64,000 nt of DNA from an uncultured bacterium (GCA_963727525.1 CAVSGO010000007.1:992001-1056000); one strand, 5' to 3'. Positions 20,864 to 30,443 are shown, numbered from the stretch's first letter. Numbers and translations are program-made. Notes: a model not told the origin generated them from the sequence alone.

Positions 20864-21400
20864 TCAGAGGCTAGCCGCCGCCGTCTCCGGCAGAGCCGGA
20901 TCGGTGCTCGCGGTCACCTCGGATGCGCCATTCTCCGCTGGGATGCCCTGGACGGCAAGCCCAAATTTGAACGAGTCGATGTCCTGGCGCATGGTGAGGC
21001 GATCGTCGTTGAGCGCGATCTGCACCCCACGCCGCGTCTCCGAATCCATCACCAGAGGCGCCCTGAGGTTCGCCGTGATCCGCTCGCCGCCGGCGTGGAT
21101 CGTCGCGATCACGAGGGTCACCAGGTGTTCCGGACGGTCGTTACGCAGTGACTCCCGGTCCACGGCCGGCAGGTCGACCTCGTAGTCGTCGGTGAAGAAG
21201 TGCGGCGCCATGACCGGCACCCCGAAGTCGTCGCGATCGAGCGACTGCAACCACTGCATCGGCAGTTCGTCACCCATGGCCAGGAGCAGCCAGCGTCGCA
21301 GGCCGGTCATGCCGATCAGCCCGTCGGGTATCAGGATGATGTCGCTGTCCAGGTACTCCAGGACCCCGAACTGCACAGTCTTGAAGGAAGGCATCGTCAT
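20864..21400 (-). CDS. fliW: Flagellar assembly factor FliW
   Basis: FG..IPDGLIG, WLQSL, TANLRAPLV, GVQ; adjacent to csrA. Confidence 0.93.
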   Translation of the reverse strand: MTMPSFKTVQFGVLEYLDSDIILIPDGLIGMTGLRRWLLLAMGDELPMQWLQSLDRDDFGVPVMAPHFFTDDYEVDLPAVDRESLRNDRPEHLVTLVIATIHAGGERITANLRAPLVMDSETRRGVQIALNDDRLTMRQDIDSFKFGLAVQGIPAENGASEVTASTDPALPETAAASL

Positions 21401-21435
21401 CTCCTCGTCCGGCCGGACGGCGTGGCCGCCCGGTG

Positions 21436-22974
21436 CTACAGGTACATCATCAGGTTGGCCTGGTAGAGCCGGCTGGTGACCATCAGGCTACTCTGATAGC
21501 TCGTCTCGGCCTGCGCGAGATCGGCCGAGACCTGGGCCACGTCGGCGTCCCGCTCCAGGGATAGCTTCGAGCGCAACTGCTCGTCGCGCTGGCGCAGAAT
21601 CCCGTCGGCCCAGTTCAGATCGTTCTCGCGCCCGCCGACCTTGATCAGTTGACCCTGGATCATCTTCTCCAGTGCTGCCAACTCGGTCATCGCCCCCCGG
21701 ATCGAGTCCTTGTCGTCAGCCGCGAGACTGGCCCGCAGGTCCTCCAGGAACCCGAAGATGCGCACCGGCGTGCCGGTTCCCTCGAGCCCAAGCAGGGAGG
21801 CGGTGTTCGTGGCCCCGACGTTGCGCACCACGAAACTGGTCGACGAGCCGCTGATGATCGACAGGCTCGACGTCTCGAGACGCAACTCGTGGCCCGGCAC
21901 GGCGGCTTCGTAGGCCGTCTTCAGGTCGCCGAGGGTGGTCGCCGCGGAGAAATCGACGGTGTACGTCGTCCCGTCGATCTCCACCTCGATGCTCCCCAGA
22001 GGCAACTGGCCGGCGAGGGAGGGGATGTCGGTCAACGGCGTGGTCGTGGCGATCGCGGTGCGAATGTCACGACCCTCGAGGATGCCGGCCGCGCTCGTCG
22101 CATTCAAGCCGAGGCTCGTGGCCGTCTGTCCTCCGCTCACCTCGGTCACGGTCAGGGGGCCGGTCCCATTGAGCGTGATGCCGGTGCCGTCGCCGTTGAT
22201 GGTGGCCGTCACCGCCCCGCCCGTGGCGGTGCCGATGGTGGCGAGCACATCGTTCACGGTGCTGGCCGACGAGAGATCGACGGTCCAGACCGAGTTATTC
22301 CCGTCTCGGATCTCGATCGAACCTGCTTCCCAGCCACTGCCGAGATTGATGTCCGCGAGCAACTCGGTGCCGTTCAGGCTTGGCGCGATGTCGGCGCCGC
22401 CGGGCAGCACCGCACTCTGCGTGCCCATGAAGTCCGACCCGGGCAGGTTCACCGGGACCGTCGTGTTCGGGCCGGCTTGCGTGGTGATCACACCGTCGTC
22501 ACCCTGGTAGACGACCGTCGAGCCGTTGCGCACGAAAGGCGGCGTGCTGGTCTTGTGACCACTGAAGATGTAATTGCCCTCGACCGAGGTGTTCAGCACG
22601 TCCATGAGACGATTCGTGAGGTTCTCGACCTCGATCACGGCATTGGTATGGGACTCCGGTGTCCCCAGCGCGCTCGACTCGCGCAGGATGAGTTCACGCG
22701 CCTGGCTCATGAGGTCGAGCATGTCCTGCATCGCCGTATCCGTGGAATCGACGACCACCTGGCTGCGGGAGATGTTGCGGATGTACTGGCTGTTCGTCTC
22801 GATGAGCGACCTGTAGCGCTGCATGGAGCCGACGGCGCGAGGATCGTCGGCAAAATCGTTGATCCGACGCATCGACCCCGCCATGCGCTGGAGGTCCAGC
22901 ATATGACCCAGGCTGCGATTCAGATCGCCGACGAGGATCTGGCCGAGATAATTTTCGCTGATCCGGATCGTCAT
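21436..22974 (-). CDS. flgL: Hook-associated protein FlgL (512 aa, large central insert)
   Basis: RINDFADDP, NTSVEGNYIFSG..PPF..YQGD, DADVA..YQSSL. Confidence 0.92.
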   Translation of the reverse strand: MTIRISENYLGQILVGDLNRSLGHMLDLQRMAGSMRRINDFADDPRAVGSMQRYRSLIETNSQYIRNISRSQVVVDSTDTAMQDMLDLMSQARELILRESSALGTPESHTNAVIEVENLTNRLMDVLNTSVEGNYIFSGHKTSTPPFVRNGSTVVYQGDDGVITTQAGPNTTVPVNLPGSDFMGTQSAVLPGGADIAPSLNGTELLADINLGSGWEAGSIEIRDGNNSVWTVDLSSASTVNDVLATIGTATGGAVTATINGDGTGITLNGTGPLTVTEVSGGQTATSLGLNATSAAGILEGRDIRTAIATTTPLTDIPSLAGQLPLGSIEVEIDGTTYTVDFSAATTLGDLKTAYEAAVPGHELRLETSSLSIISGSSTSFVVRNVGATNTASLLGLEGTGTPVRIFGFLEDLRASLAADDKDSIRGAMTELAALEKMIQGQLIKVGGRENDLNWADGILRQRDEQLRSKLSLERDADVAQVSADLAQAETSYQSSLMVTSRLYQANLMMYL

Positions 22975-23000
22975 GGCTCACTCCTGCGGCAACCGCCGCC

Positions 23001-24371
23001 CTACACCATGTTGAGCAACGAGTCGTATAGCTGCTGCACCGTCGCGATCACCTTGGCTGCGGCACCGTACGTGTTCTGATACCGCAGCATGTTCGCGCCC
23101 TCCTCGTCGAGGCTCACGCCCGAGGTGCTGGCGATCTTGGCCTGCACCGTATTCACGGCGCTCTGTTGATTGTCGACGAGGAACTCATAGCTGCTGCGCT
23201 GCGACGCCAGGTCGATGAGCATGGCGCGGTAGCGGTCGCCCACGGACTCGGATCCCTCGCCGCCGATCCCGTGGTTGGCAAGGGCGGCAATCTCCAGCGC
23301 GAGGTCGTTGTCGCCAGCTTCCCCCGATCGCGAGGTGGCAATGAGGCGGCTATCGTTCTCGATGAACGGATTGATGGCGATCGTGTGCATGCTGTCGCCG
23401 CTGAAGAACGGCAATCCGCTGCTCGAGGCGGTGTGCCCCTGCACATGCAAGGCGTTGACGGAGTCGACGAGTTGCTTGGCGACGGCGTCGAGCTGCTCGC
23501 GGATGTCCGTGACGTGTGTATCGCGCGAATCCAGGAGGCCTTTGAGCCTCCCGTCGGGCAGGATGACGCTGCGCAGGTTCTCCTGCGTCACCACCGTCAT
23601 GCGGTAGCCCTGCGACGTCTGATCGTACTGCGTGGTGAACTGTTGCACCGTGTCACGCGTGACCATGGTGCGGCCGTTGAGGATCACGTCGAGGCTGCCG
23701 TCGTCGCGCTCGTGCGTCGTGACCTCGGCGATCTCGCTGATCTGCGTCAACAGATAGTCGCGCTGGTCGCGCAGATCGTTGGCCGTGGCACCGCCGATCT
23801 CGGCCGCCATGATCTGGCCGTTCAGATCACTGACCTGCCCCAGCATGTTATTGAGCGAGACGATCTCCTGCTGGACCGCCACCTCGATGTTGCGGTCGGT
23901 CTCGTCGAGCGACGAGCTGATGTTGTGGAAATCGTCCACCAGCGACTTGGCCATCGCCAGCACCGAGTCCTTGTGGCTGTCGTCGAACGGCGGTGTGGCG
24001 AGGTCGCTCCAGGCCTTGAAGAAGTTCGAGAGCGCGCCGCCCAGGTGGTCGTTGTCCACCGACCCGAGGATGTTCTCGACCTCGTACAGGGTGCTGTCCG
24101 TCGCGCTGTAGCTTGCGAGCCGGGCCGTCTGCGTGCGCAGGTTCATCTGCAGATATTCGTCGCGTGCTCGCCGGATGCCCTGCACGTTCACACCGGTGCC
24201 GATGGCGCCGTAGGGCATCAAGAGGGCAGCCCGCGCCGCGACCAGATTCTCCTGGCGGCTGTAGCCCGGGCGGTCGGAGTTCGCGATGTTGTGGCTCGTG
24301 GTCGCCAGCCCGATCTGGGCTGCGAACATGGCAGTCAGGCTGCTGTCCATGACCGATGCGAGGCTCGACAT
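23001..24371 (-). CDS. flgK: Hook-associated protein FlgK
   Basis: HNIAN..PGYSRQ, IGTGV, NDLRDQRD, SGVSLDEE..YQ..AAAKV. Confidence 0.96.
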   Translation of the reverse strand: MSSLASVMDSSLTAMFAAQIGLATTSHNIANSDRPGYSRQENLVAARAALLMPYGAIGTGVNVQGIRRARDEYLQMNLRTQTARLASYSATDSTLYEVENILGSVDNDHLGGALSNFFKAWSDLATPPFDDSHKDSVLAMAKSLVDDFHNISSSLDETDRNIEVAVQQEIVSLNNMLGQVSDLNGQIMAAEIGGATANDLRDQRDYLLTQISEIAEVTTHERDDGSLDVILNGRTMVTRDTVQQFTTQYDQTSQGYRMTVVTQENLRSVILPDGRLKGLLDSRDTHVTDIREQLDAVAKQLVDSVNALHVQGHTASSSGLPFFSGDSMHTIAINPFIENDSRLIATSRSGEAGDNDLALEIAALANHGIGGEGSESVGDRYRAMLIDLASQRSSYEFLVDNQQSAVNTVQAKIASTSGVSLDEEGANMLRYQNTYGAAAKVIATVQQLYDSLLNMV

Positions 24372-24380
24372 GCTGTTCTC

Positions 24381-24908
24381 CTACGCCTGACGCACAAGGA
24401 CGCCGCCCGGCCCCGACTGGGTCGGACGCGCTTCGCCATCGTAACAACCGGCCGGATCCTCGAGCACGCCGCGACGAAAGAGCGAAGCTTCCTCGGCGAC
24501 GAGGTCGAGGCAGAAGGCGGCGAGGCGGCGATTCAGCTCATTCTGGCGCGCCAGGGCCAGCGCCGCCCGGCGGACGCGCGTCAGCCGCGGGGCCAGTTCG
24601 CGGCGCGCCGTCGGCGGCAGAGCCGGCAGCGCTGCCGTCAGCGAGGTCGGCCGCGAGGCGACGGTCGCCAGCAGCGCGGCCGCACACCGCTCGCGCTGGA
24701 TGCGCACCGCGTCGGCCGGGGGCAACGATTGCTGCCACCGCTGGGCATTTTCCGCCAGCGCAGGGACGTCGTGATGCTCCATGCAATGCTCCTGTTCCAT
24801 CGCGAGTGCGAGCAGGATGGCGTACTGCTCGGCTTCATCTTCAAGCAATGCGCAAAGTTGGCGCGTTTCCGCGTCGTTCGTCATGGCGGCCTGCGTGGGA
24901 TGCATCAT
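24381..24908 (-). CDS. flgN: Export chaperone FlgN
   Basis: Helical; NELNRRL and Y..G..A tail; directly upstream of flgK. Confidence 0.75.
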   Translation of the reverse strand: MMHPTQAAMTNDAETRQLCALLEDEAEQYAILLALAMEQEHCMEHHDVPALAENAQRWQQSLPPADAVRIQRERCAAALLATVASRPTSLTAALPALPPTARRELAPRLTRVRRAALALARQNELNRRLAAFCLDLVAEEASLFRRGVLEDPAGCYDGEARPTQSGPGGVLVRQA

Positions 24909-24952
24909 GCTCCGTCTCTCCTTGGCGAACGGGCACCGGGATTTCTCACGAG

Positions 24953-25867
24953 CTACTTCGCCAGTTCCATGCCAGGTGTCAGCCCCAGGCGAACCGCCAG
25001 ATCGCTCACCCTGGCCACGTAGCGTCGCGTTTCCCCGTAGTCCGGAACCTGGACTCCGGCCCGATCCACGGCGCCGGGGCCGGCGTTGTAGGCGGCGAGG
25101 GCGAGATCGAGGCGCCCGTCGTACCGGTCGAGCATCCGTGCGAGATAGCGTGCGCCGCCCAGCAGCCCCTGGGCGGGGTCGTGCGGATCGCCCACCCCCA
25201 CCTCGCGGGCCGTGGCGGGCATGAGCTGCATGAGGCCGCGGGCGCCACGGGATGACACAGCGCCCGGATTACCGCCCGATTCCTGTACCGTGACGGCGAG
25301 CAGCAATCCCGGGTCGACGCCCGTCTCCCGCGAGGCCCGCGCCAGTTCGGTCCCGAAGCTGGCCAGACTGTCGGCCGCCGCGCCACCCACGACACCAGCG
25401 CGCTCGTGCAGGACCCGCATGCGATCCGATCCTGCCGCGATCGTCGGCGACGGGCACGCGGCCTGTGCCTGGTACGCGGCCACGGAGCGGTGCGGCAACC
25501 CGCGGGCCGGCAATGCCGCCGCGCCGTCCTCGCCCGACGGCACGATTCGGTCGCGGAACTGCCGGACGATGAGGTCGCCGATACCGAATTCGCCGCGCGT
25601 CGCGAGACCGTCGGCGAGCGCCTGGTCGTGCATCTGCTGATAGATCCGCGAGCCGCCGCTCTGACCCCAGAGGTCATTCTCGGGCACGGTGCTGCGCATC
25701 GACTTGAGCATCTCGTTGAGGAAGAGCGCCTCGAACTGCTGGGCGGCTTTCTGCAAGCCGGCGAGATCATTGTGCTCAGCCGCGGCCTCCAGCGACCGCG
25801 TCGCACGCGAGGTAGCGGCGCGGGCGCTCGCGTTCTCGGTGGCCAGGCTGTCGTTCAGAGGTTCCAC
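24953..25867 (-). CDS. flgJ: FlgJ rod-binding domain fused to an SLT lytic transglycosylase
   Basis: LQKAAQQFEALFLNEMLKSMR..IYQQMHD; QESGGNP, GARGLMQLMP, ALAAYNAG, ETRRYV. Confidence 0.9.
   Translation of the reverse strand: MEPLNDSLATENASARAATSRATRSLEAAAEHNDLAGLQKAAQQFEALFLNEMLKSMRSTVPENDLWGQSGGSRIYQQMHDQALADGLATRGEFGIGDLIVRQFRDRIVPSGEDGAAALPARGLPHRSVAAYQAQAACPSPTIAAGSDRMRVLHERAGVVGGAAADSLASFGTELARASRETGVDPGLLLAVTVQESGGNPGAVSSRGARGLMQLMPATAREVGVGDPHDPAQGLLGGARYLARMLDRYDGRLDLALAAYNAGPGAVDRAGVQVPDYGETRRYVARVSDLAVRLGLTPGMELAK
24960..24974 (-). promoter_or_regulatory. Possible sigma54 promoter in the flgJ 3' end for flgN-flgK-flgL-fliW-csrA
   Basis: TGGCAT-GGAAC-TGGC (GG-N10-GC, imperfect -12). 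Confidence 0.4.
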
Positions 25868-25875
25868 GGCACTCC

Positions 25876-26985
25876 CTACATGATCACCAGTTCGGCTTGT
25901 AAGGCCCCCGCCTGCTTCAGGGCCTGTAGGATGGCAATGATGTCGCGCGGGCTCGCGCCGACATCGTTGAGAACGGCCACCACGTCGGCCACGGTGCTCG
26001 TCTCCGGCACTCGCAGCACCTGCGCCTCCTTGTCGTGCACTTGCGTGTTCACGTCGGGCGTGACCACGGTGCGACCATTGGGGCTGAATGGCGCCGGCTG
26101 CGACACATCGTACGACGTGCGGATCTCCACCTTGAGCGTGCCATGCGCGACCGCCGCCTCCTTGAGCACGACGTGCGCGCCCACGACGATCGTCCCCGTG
26201 CGCTCGTTGATCACCACGCGGGCCGGCGCATCGCTCGTGGACACCAGCTCGCCCATGCGGGCAAGAAAGGTCACCGGCTCGGCGCGCAGCCTGGCCGGGA
26301 CTTTCGCCTCCACGCGGTTGGCGTCGATGGCCACGGCCGTGGTGTCGCCGAAGGCGGCGTTGATCGCGTCGGACATCGCCGCTGCCGTGCTGAAGTCGGG
26401 ATTGTGCAGCAACCAGACCACGGTGTTGTCCTTGATGATCTGACCCGGCCGGGGCACCTTCACCGTGCCGCCGCCGGGAATCATGCCCACGGTCGCATGA
26501 TTCTTCCGGTAGCTATTGTTCGCGCCGCTCTTGATGTTGAAGCCGCCGATGCTCACCGGCCCCTGCGCCACCACGGCCACGTTGCCGTCGGCCGCGAGGA
26601 GCGGTGTCATGACGAGCATGCCGCCCTCCAGGCTGCTCGCATCGCCGAGCGAGGATACCGTGACGTCGATGCGCGCCCCCACGCTCGCCGTGGGGTCGAC
26701 CGCCGCCGTCACCAGCACCGCCGCCACGTTCTTCATGCGCACCTGCGCGGGATCCACCGACACGCCCAGACGCTCGAGCATGACCTGCAGCGAGTTGATG
26801 GTGAAGGCCGAGCTCTGGCCATCGCCGGTACCGCCGAGCCCCACGACGAGGCCGTAGCCGAGCAGGGGCTCGGGCGCCATGCCGTCGATGGCGGCGAGGT
26901 CCTTGATCCGCGAGTCGCCCGCCAGAGCGGCCGCGGTCCACAGTGCCAGGAGCATGGTGCTCAGGATCGCGATGCGTGCGTGCAT
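25876..26985 (-). CDS. flgI: P-ring protein FlgI
   Basis: RIKDL, LLGYGLVVGLGGTGD, KNVAAV, VVINERTGTIV, ILQALKQAGALQAEL. Confidence 0.97.
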   Translation of the reverse strand: MHARIAILSTMLLALWTAAALAGDSRIKDLAAIDGMAPEPLLGYGLVVGLGGTGDGQSSAFTINSLQVMLERLGVSVDPAQVRMKNVAAVLVTAAVDPTASVGARIDVTVSSLGDASSLEGGMLVMTPLLAADGNVAVVAQGPVSIGGFNIKSGANNSYRKNHATVGMIPGGGTVKVPRPGQIIKDNTVVWLLHNPDFSTAAAMSDAINAAFGDTTAVAIDANRVEAKVPARLRAEPVTFLARMGELVSTSDAPARVVINERTGTIVVGAHVVLKEAAVAHGTLKVEIRTSYDVSQPAPFSPNGRTVVTPDVNTQVHDKEAQVLRVPETSTVADVVAVLNDVGASPRDIIAILQALKQAGALQAELVIM

Positions 26986-26993
26986 GGTCACTC

Positions 26994-27605
26994 CTAGAAG
27001 AGCCAGTTGACGATCTTGGTGATGATGCCCGGCTGTGCGGCACTCTGGATCGCGCCGGATCCCGAGTACGAGATCTGCGCATCGGCGATGTACGTGGAAA
27101 GGATCGTGTTGTCGGCGCGGATGTCGGTGGGCCGGCACAGGCCGCTGATCTCGATGAGCTGCTTGTCGCCGTTGATGTCCACCAGCCGCGTGCCGACGAG
27201 GCGGAAATCGCCGCTGGGCAACACCTCGTTGATCCGCACGGAGATCTCGGCTTGCAGGCTGCCCGTGCGCGACGTCTTGCCGTCGCCCTTGAACTTGTTC
27301 TCCGAGTCGAGGCTCCAGTCGGTGATCGAGCTGAGCAGCCCGAGTCCCGGGCCGCCGCCGACCTCGGTCTTCGTGTTCGCATCCACCTTGCTCGTGGCGT
27401 TGGCGGTGCTGCTCTCCACGATGATGATCGTGACGATGTCGCCGACACGCAGGGCCTTGGCGTCGGTCACGAGACTGCGGCCCGTGCGCAGGTCGATCAA
27501 TGGGGTCTGCGCAGCGGCTGTCGCCGCCAGGGCGCCGAGCAGGAAGAGGATGATCAGGACCGGCAACAAGCGAACGAGCCGGGTCCAGCGCGTACCTCGT
27601 GACAT
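26994..27605 (-). CDS. flgH: L-ring protein FlgH
   Basis: DAKALRVGDIVTIIIVE, VLPSG, CRPTDI..NTILS..IADAQI. Confidence 0.93.
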   Translation of the reverse strand: MSRGTRWTRLVRLLPVLIILFLLGALAATAAAQTPLIDLRTGRSLVTDAKALRVGDIVTIIIVESSTANATSKVDANTKTEVGGGPGLGLLSSITDWSLDSENKFKGDGKTSRTGSLQAEISVRINEVLPSGDFRLVGTRLVDINGDKQLIEISGLCRPTDIRADNTILSTYIADAQISYSGSGAIQSAAQPGIITKIVNWLF

Positions 27606-28591
27606 CAGCGACTGCCTCCACGTTGGAGTTCCACGCGGCCGGGTCCCACCACGCGCCCCGTGACGAGACCGCCGTTTGCCTCATTGCGCACCGTGATGAC
27701 CTGGCCGAGACGACCGTCCTGCCGGCTCAGCCCGCGTACCACGACGCTCACGCCCCCTCGCCGCAAGACCAGCTCCACCGCATCGCCACGGTGCACCATC
27801 GGCGCCACGGCGAGATCGTTGCGGCTCAGCGCCGTGCCGGCGCGCAGGTCGTGGGCGGCCGCCGTCCCATCCAGTTCCGACGGATCACCCACCAGCCCCG
27901 GGCTGGCCGTGGCCAGATCCTGCCAAGCCCACGAGAGCGCCTCCGGAAGCACCGCCGTCCCGCGGGGCACCGTGCGGGTGACCGTGGGCACGGCACCGAA
28001 GGCGTGCAGGACGACCGTGGCGGTCACGCGCTGGCGCCGCGGGCCATCGCACACCAGCACGGGCACGAGGTTGCGGCCGGGCGTCAGGGGCTCGATGCGC
28101 TCTAGGGTCACCCGCCAGCCGTCGCTCGCCGTCAGGCGCGACCCTGGCAGCGTCACCTCGAGCCAGGAATCCGGCGCGCTCGCTCCCGGTGGCGGGATCA
28201 GGGTCGCCAGTGCCGCCCGCACCCGTGTGAGCAGCGAGTCGGGCTCGACCTCGCCGCCCGCGAAGCGCAGCGTGCAGACCTCCGCACCGGCAAGGCGCAG
28301 CCCGTCGGCCTGGCCCGCCAGCACGAGCTGGCGCAGGATCGAGCGCCGGCTCACCAGGCGCACGTCGCCCGGCAATCCCCCGGCTGCGACGGCGAGACTC
28401 GCCACCTGCTCGGGCACGCCGGTCATGGCCACATCGGTCAGCCGCGCCACGGCGCCCGCCACCGTCGCGCCGGGAGCCAGCTCGAGGGTCCAGATAGGCG
28501 CAGCCTGGCCCACCACCGGCAGGGCCATGAGCAAGCCAACCATCAGCCAGCACTTGAGCCATCGAGCATCATGCGTTGCTGTATCCATCAT
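27605..28591 (-). CDS. flgA: P-ring formation chaperone FlgA
   Basis: Signal peptide; SAF-like region; VHRGDAV..GRLGQVITVRN. Confidence 0.85.
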   Translation of the reverse strand: MMDTATHDARWLKCWLMVGLLMALPVVGQAAPIWTLELAPGATVAGAVARLTDVAMTGVPEQVASLAVAAGGLPGDVRLVSRRSILRQLVLAGQADGLRLAGAEVCTLRFAGGEVEPDSLLTRVRAALATLIPPPGASAPDSWLEVTLPGSRLTASDGWRVTLERIEPLTPGRNLVPVLVCDGPRRQRVTATVVLHAFGAVPTVTRTVPRGTAVLPEALSWAWQDLATASPGLVGDPSELDGTAAAHDLRAGTALSRNDLAVAPMVHRGDAVELVLRRGGVSVVVRGLSRQDGRLGQVITVRNEANGGLVTGRVVGPGRVELQRGGSR

Positions 28592-29382
28592 TACCGCTTG
28601 ATCGAGTTGGCGATCTGGAGCATCTGATCGGCCATGGTGATCGTCTTGCTGTTCAGTTCGTAGGCTCGCTGGGCCGTGATCATGCGCACCAGCTCGTCCA
28701 CCGTTTCCACGTTGCTCAGCTCGAGGTACCCCGACGACGTCTCGCCCACACCGTCCTGACCAGGCGTGGACAGGACCGGAGGGCCGCTCGCCGGCGACTC
28801 CAGGAAGAGATTGCTCCCGCGCGCCGTGAGGCCGGCGGCGTTGGGGAAACGCGCCAGCTCGAGCGAGCCGATCTGTTGCACCGTCGACGTGTCGCCCGAG
28901 AGCATCACGTTCACGGTGCCGTCGCGAGCGACACTCACCTCCACGGCGTCCATCGGAATCTGCACCGGCGGCTCGAGGCGATAGCCCATGGCGGTGACGA
29001 CGTTGCGCTCGCCATCCATCTTGAAGCTGCCGTCGCGCGTGTAGGCGAGGTTGCCATCGGGCAAGCGCACCTGGAAGAAACCGTCGCCCTCGATCATCAG
29101 GTCGAGGGGATTGCTGGTGGAAACGATGGTGCCCTGGGAGAAGTCCTTGGCCGTGGCCACGAGCTTCACGCCATGGCCGACCTCCACCTTGCTCGGCGCG
29201 GACTGTCCGGTCGCGCTCGCCTGTCCGCCGGGCGCCACCTGCTCGTACAGCAGGTCCTGGAACTCCGCGTGGCTCTTCTTGAACCCCGTGGTGCCCACGT
29301 TCGCCAGGTTGTTGGCGATCGTGTCGATATTCGTCTGCTGGGCCTTCATGCCGGACGCCGCGGATCCCAATGCGCGCATCAT
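28591..29382 (-). CDS. flgG: Distal rod protein FlgG
   Basis: NNLANVGTTGFKK, FQDLLY, YTRDGSF, LELSNV, QRAYELNSK. Confidence 0.97.
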   Translation of the reverse strand: MMRALGSAASGMKAQQTNIDTIANNLANVGTTGFKKSHAEFQDLLYEQVAPGGQASATGQSAPSKVEVGHGVKLVATAKDFSQGTIVSTSNPLDLMIEGDGFFQVRLPDGNLAYTRDGSFKMDGERNVVTAMGYRLEPPVQIPMDAVEVSVARDGTVNVMLSGDTSTVQQIGSLELARFPNAAGLTARGSNLFLESPASGPPVLSTPGQDGVGETSSGYLELSNVETVDELVRMITAQRAYELNSKTITMADQMLQIANSIKR

Positions 29383-29401
29383 CAGGCCTCACCCCTTTCG
29401 G

Positions 29402-30193
29402 TCACTGATTGACCCGTCCGAGCGTGTTCGTGCTGTGACTGAGCAATTCGTCGTTCGCGCGCAACACCTTCGACTCGATCTCGAAGGCCCGCTGCGCCTG
29501 GATCATGTCGACGAGGGTCTGCACCGCGTCGACATTGCTGGTCTCCAGGAAGCCCGTCGTCACGGTGACGGCGCCGTCGGTCACCGGTTGCGGCGGCATG
29601 TCGTCGGGCGCGGCCAGCAGGCCGTCGCCGCGGTGCTCGAGGTGGTTCACGTCGTCGAAGGTCACCAGCCGCAGCTTGCCGGGGCTGTTGCCGTCGACGA
29701 TCACGCTCCCGTCCTGGGCGAAGTCGAAGCTCTTGCCATCCAGGGTGATCGCGCCGCCGGACCCCTGCACGGCGAGCCCGCCGCTCGTCACCAGCTGACG
29801 CTTGTCGTCGACCCGGAAGGCGCCGTCGCGTGTGTAGTACTCGTGTCCTTGCGCGTCGCGCACGACGAAGAACCCCTGTCCCTCGAGCGCGAGGTCGGTA
29901 GCGCGCCCCGTCACCTGCAACTCGCCCTGGCGGCGATCGAACGCCTGGCTCATGACCAGCGGCCGCTGCACCGGCCAGGCGTCGTTGGCGTCGCCGATGA
30001 GGCGAGTGCTGGCGGAAAACGGCATGCCCCCCGCGCCCGGGTTGCTCACCCCGCCGCTGGCCTGCTCGGCCACACGGGTGAGAACCTGCTTGAACCCCGT
30101 GGCATCGATGTTGGCCAGATTGTGGGCCAGCGTATCGATCCGGGTCTGCTCCAGGTGCATGGCCGTCTCGGCGGTCTTCAACGTGCGCAGCAC
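29402..30193 (-). CDS. flgF: Rod protein FlgF
   Basis: HNLANIDATGFK, TGRATDLALEGQGFF, YTRDG, LETSNV. Confidence 0.9.
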   Translation of the reverse strand: MLRTLKTAETAMHLEQTRIDTLAHNLANIDATGFKQVLTRVAEQASGGVSNPGAGGMPFSASTRLIGDANDAWPVQRPLVMSQAFDRRQGELQVTGRATDLALEGQGFFVVRDAQGHEYYTRDGAFRVDDKRQLVTSGGLAVQGSGGAITLDGKSFDFAQDGSVIVDGNSPGKLRLVTFDDVNHLEHRGDGLLAAPDDMPPQPVTDGAVTVTTGFLETSNVDAVQTLVDMIQAQRAFEIESKVLRANDELLSHSTNTLGRVNQ

Positions 30194-30241
30194 GGCGTGT
30201 CCCTTCCGCCGGGCATGGGCAGTCCCGGCCCTGGGGAAACC

Positions 30242-30256
30242 GCAAGCGATGTGCCA
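30242..30256 (-). promoter_or_regulatory. Consensus sigma54 promoter for flgF-G-A-H-I-J
   Basis: TGGCAC-ATCGC-TTGC. Confidence 0.88.
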
Positions 30257-30295
30257 CGAGCCGCGATGGGAAAGGCGGCTACCCGCCGCCACGGT

Positions 30296-30372
30296 CGGCA
30301 ACGATTGCCGCCGTACGGGGCGCCGTGCCGGGCGGCTGGGGCGGATTTGGCAGCTCCCGGCAGCTCTTGCCC
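30296..30372. promoter_or_regulatory. Putative activator sites upstream of flgF
   Basis: CGGCAA CGA TTGCCG (30296-30310) and degenerate CGGCAG CTC TTGCCC (30358-30372). Confidence 0.65.
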
Positions 30373-30443
30373 GGTGTGCGCGCGAGCGGCGGCGCGGGCC
30401 GCAAGGCGGGAACCATGGTCAGCGAGAATCCGGCGGTGGGTGA

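Noticed and set aside
25876-29392. Extended FlgI (602 aa) and FlgA (595 aa) suggesting fusions or frameshifts
   Set aside because: Extensions are alternate frames over flgH and flgG; each gene has its own signal peptide at the internal start.
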